DNA of 64,000 nucleotides from Candidatus Babeliales bacterium (GTDB lineage Bacteria; Babelota; Babeliae; Babelales; JACPOV01): NCBI GenBank assembly GCA_050250855.1, contig JBFWNW010000003.1, positions 44,316 to 108,315 of the forward strand, read 5' to 3'. Shown piece by piece: positions 63,298 to 64,000 of this stretch (position 1 is its first letter; each line of letters starts with the position of its first letter). The notes under the pieces were generated by a model. It saw only the letters and a program-made list of their open reading frames with translations, ran no database searches and was not told where the DNA came from. The position numbers and the translations under genes were made by a program.

Positions 63298-64000
63298 ATG
63301 AAGATCGTACGTTTTTTAACATATATAGCTATTTTAGCCCCTGTGTTCTTGGCTTATAGTCAAGACAGAGGTAAAAGCTTTTTTGAAAGACTTTCAACGT
63401 TTTTTGAGGAAGATGACCAGCGCCCAGATATGAAAGAAGAGCGCATTCCTGATCGACCCATAGAGCTCACTGACCTAGAACCAGATCAAATTGGAGTATT
63501 GCTCAAAATAAAGTCTGATCAAGAAAAAAAACCTCTACTCCCGCCAAAAAAGCCGGTAACGTCTCATCGATCTAAACATTCTAAGCATTTTGACACAATA
63601 CCAACCAAGGAAGAATTTGAAAAATTCTTGCGTGAAGAAGAAGAAAAGAAAAAAGAAAAAAGTTCTCTTTTGCAAGAAAAAGTAAAACCTGAAGAACAAC
63701 GAAATTCATCTATACCCTACAACAATATTCCAACGCTGCAGGAAGCATTTATTGCATTAAACAATTTCCACCCAACTAAAACAGTGGTGGAGAAAAAGAC
63801 AATAACCGTTATAAATTACACTCCTCTTGCAGTGTATCTTAATATCACCGATTATAATCAAGCGCCACAGGTTTATGAAATACCAGGAAATTCACAAAAA
63901 GAATTAACGCTACAATTTTATACCACTAACAAAGATTTTGATTTCAAACTCTATGGCTCTCAAGAACAGCTCTTTGCAAAAAAATCAACCGCTACCAAAA
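63298..64000 (+). CDS. 5' part of a hypothetical exported protein (runs off the window)
   Basis: The ATG at 63298 gives signal-like MKIVRFLTYIAILAPVFLAYS. By manual translation the frame stays open to the window end. It is absent from the track because no stop codon is present. Confidence 0.55.
   Translation, partial: MKIVRFLTYIAILAPVFLAYSQDRGKSFFERLSTFFEEDDQRPDMKEERIPDRPIELTDLEPDQIGVLLKIKSDQEKKPLLPPKKPVTSHRSKHSKHFDTIPTKEEFEKFLREEEEKKKEKSSLLQEKVKPEEQRNSSIPYNNIPTLQEAFIALNNFHPTKTVVEKKTITVINYTPLAVYLNITDYNQAPQVYEIPGNSQKELTLQFYTTNKDFDFKLYGSQEQLFAKKSTATK

Overview
This is an AT-rich, very tightly packed bacterial chromosome segment using the standard genetic code. About 40 kb of recognisable housekeeping genes are interrupted by an exceptional expansion of ankyrin-repeat (ANK) genes. 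The housekeeping genes are maf, tRNA-Gln, spoVG, rsmH, murF, ftsK, uppP, acpP, a fabD-like gene, gltX, plsX, rpmF, dprA, gyrA, lepA, grpE, ssb, pgsA and mnmA. I count 23 ANK ORFs, about 24 kb when their lengths are summed. Twenty of them lie in a 28-kb block (10.7-38.5 kb) arranged as three translationally coupled arrays. Interspersed with the ANK genes are several non-ANK genes. These include F-box-like exported proteins, a Pol-beta-type nucleotidyltransferase, two DUF1963/YwqG-like paralogs next to a metallophosphoesterase, a SUKH-like protein, and two membrane-anchored ANK paralogs. Other notable loci are listed here:
- A Cys-rich beta-barrel outer-membrane protein candidate sits next to an 11-Cys small secreted protein.
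- Three tandem HExxH (M48/M56-like) paralogs lie downstream of an unusual C-tract and 8-bp repeat leader.
- An eroded rpmF-plsX-fab-acpP cluster carries a FabD homolog that has lost the nucleophile serine.
- Two tandem small exported proteins share a conserved Cys-rich C-terminal tail.

No CRISPR array, rRNA, transposase or integrase was seen. The gene content suggests a host-associated or intracellular diderm bacterium, of the kind seen in protist-associated lineages, but the taxon cannot be established from this window. All calls rest on reading motifs in the supplied translations and DNA; no database search was run.
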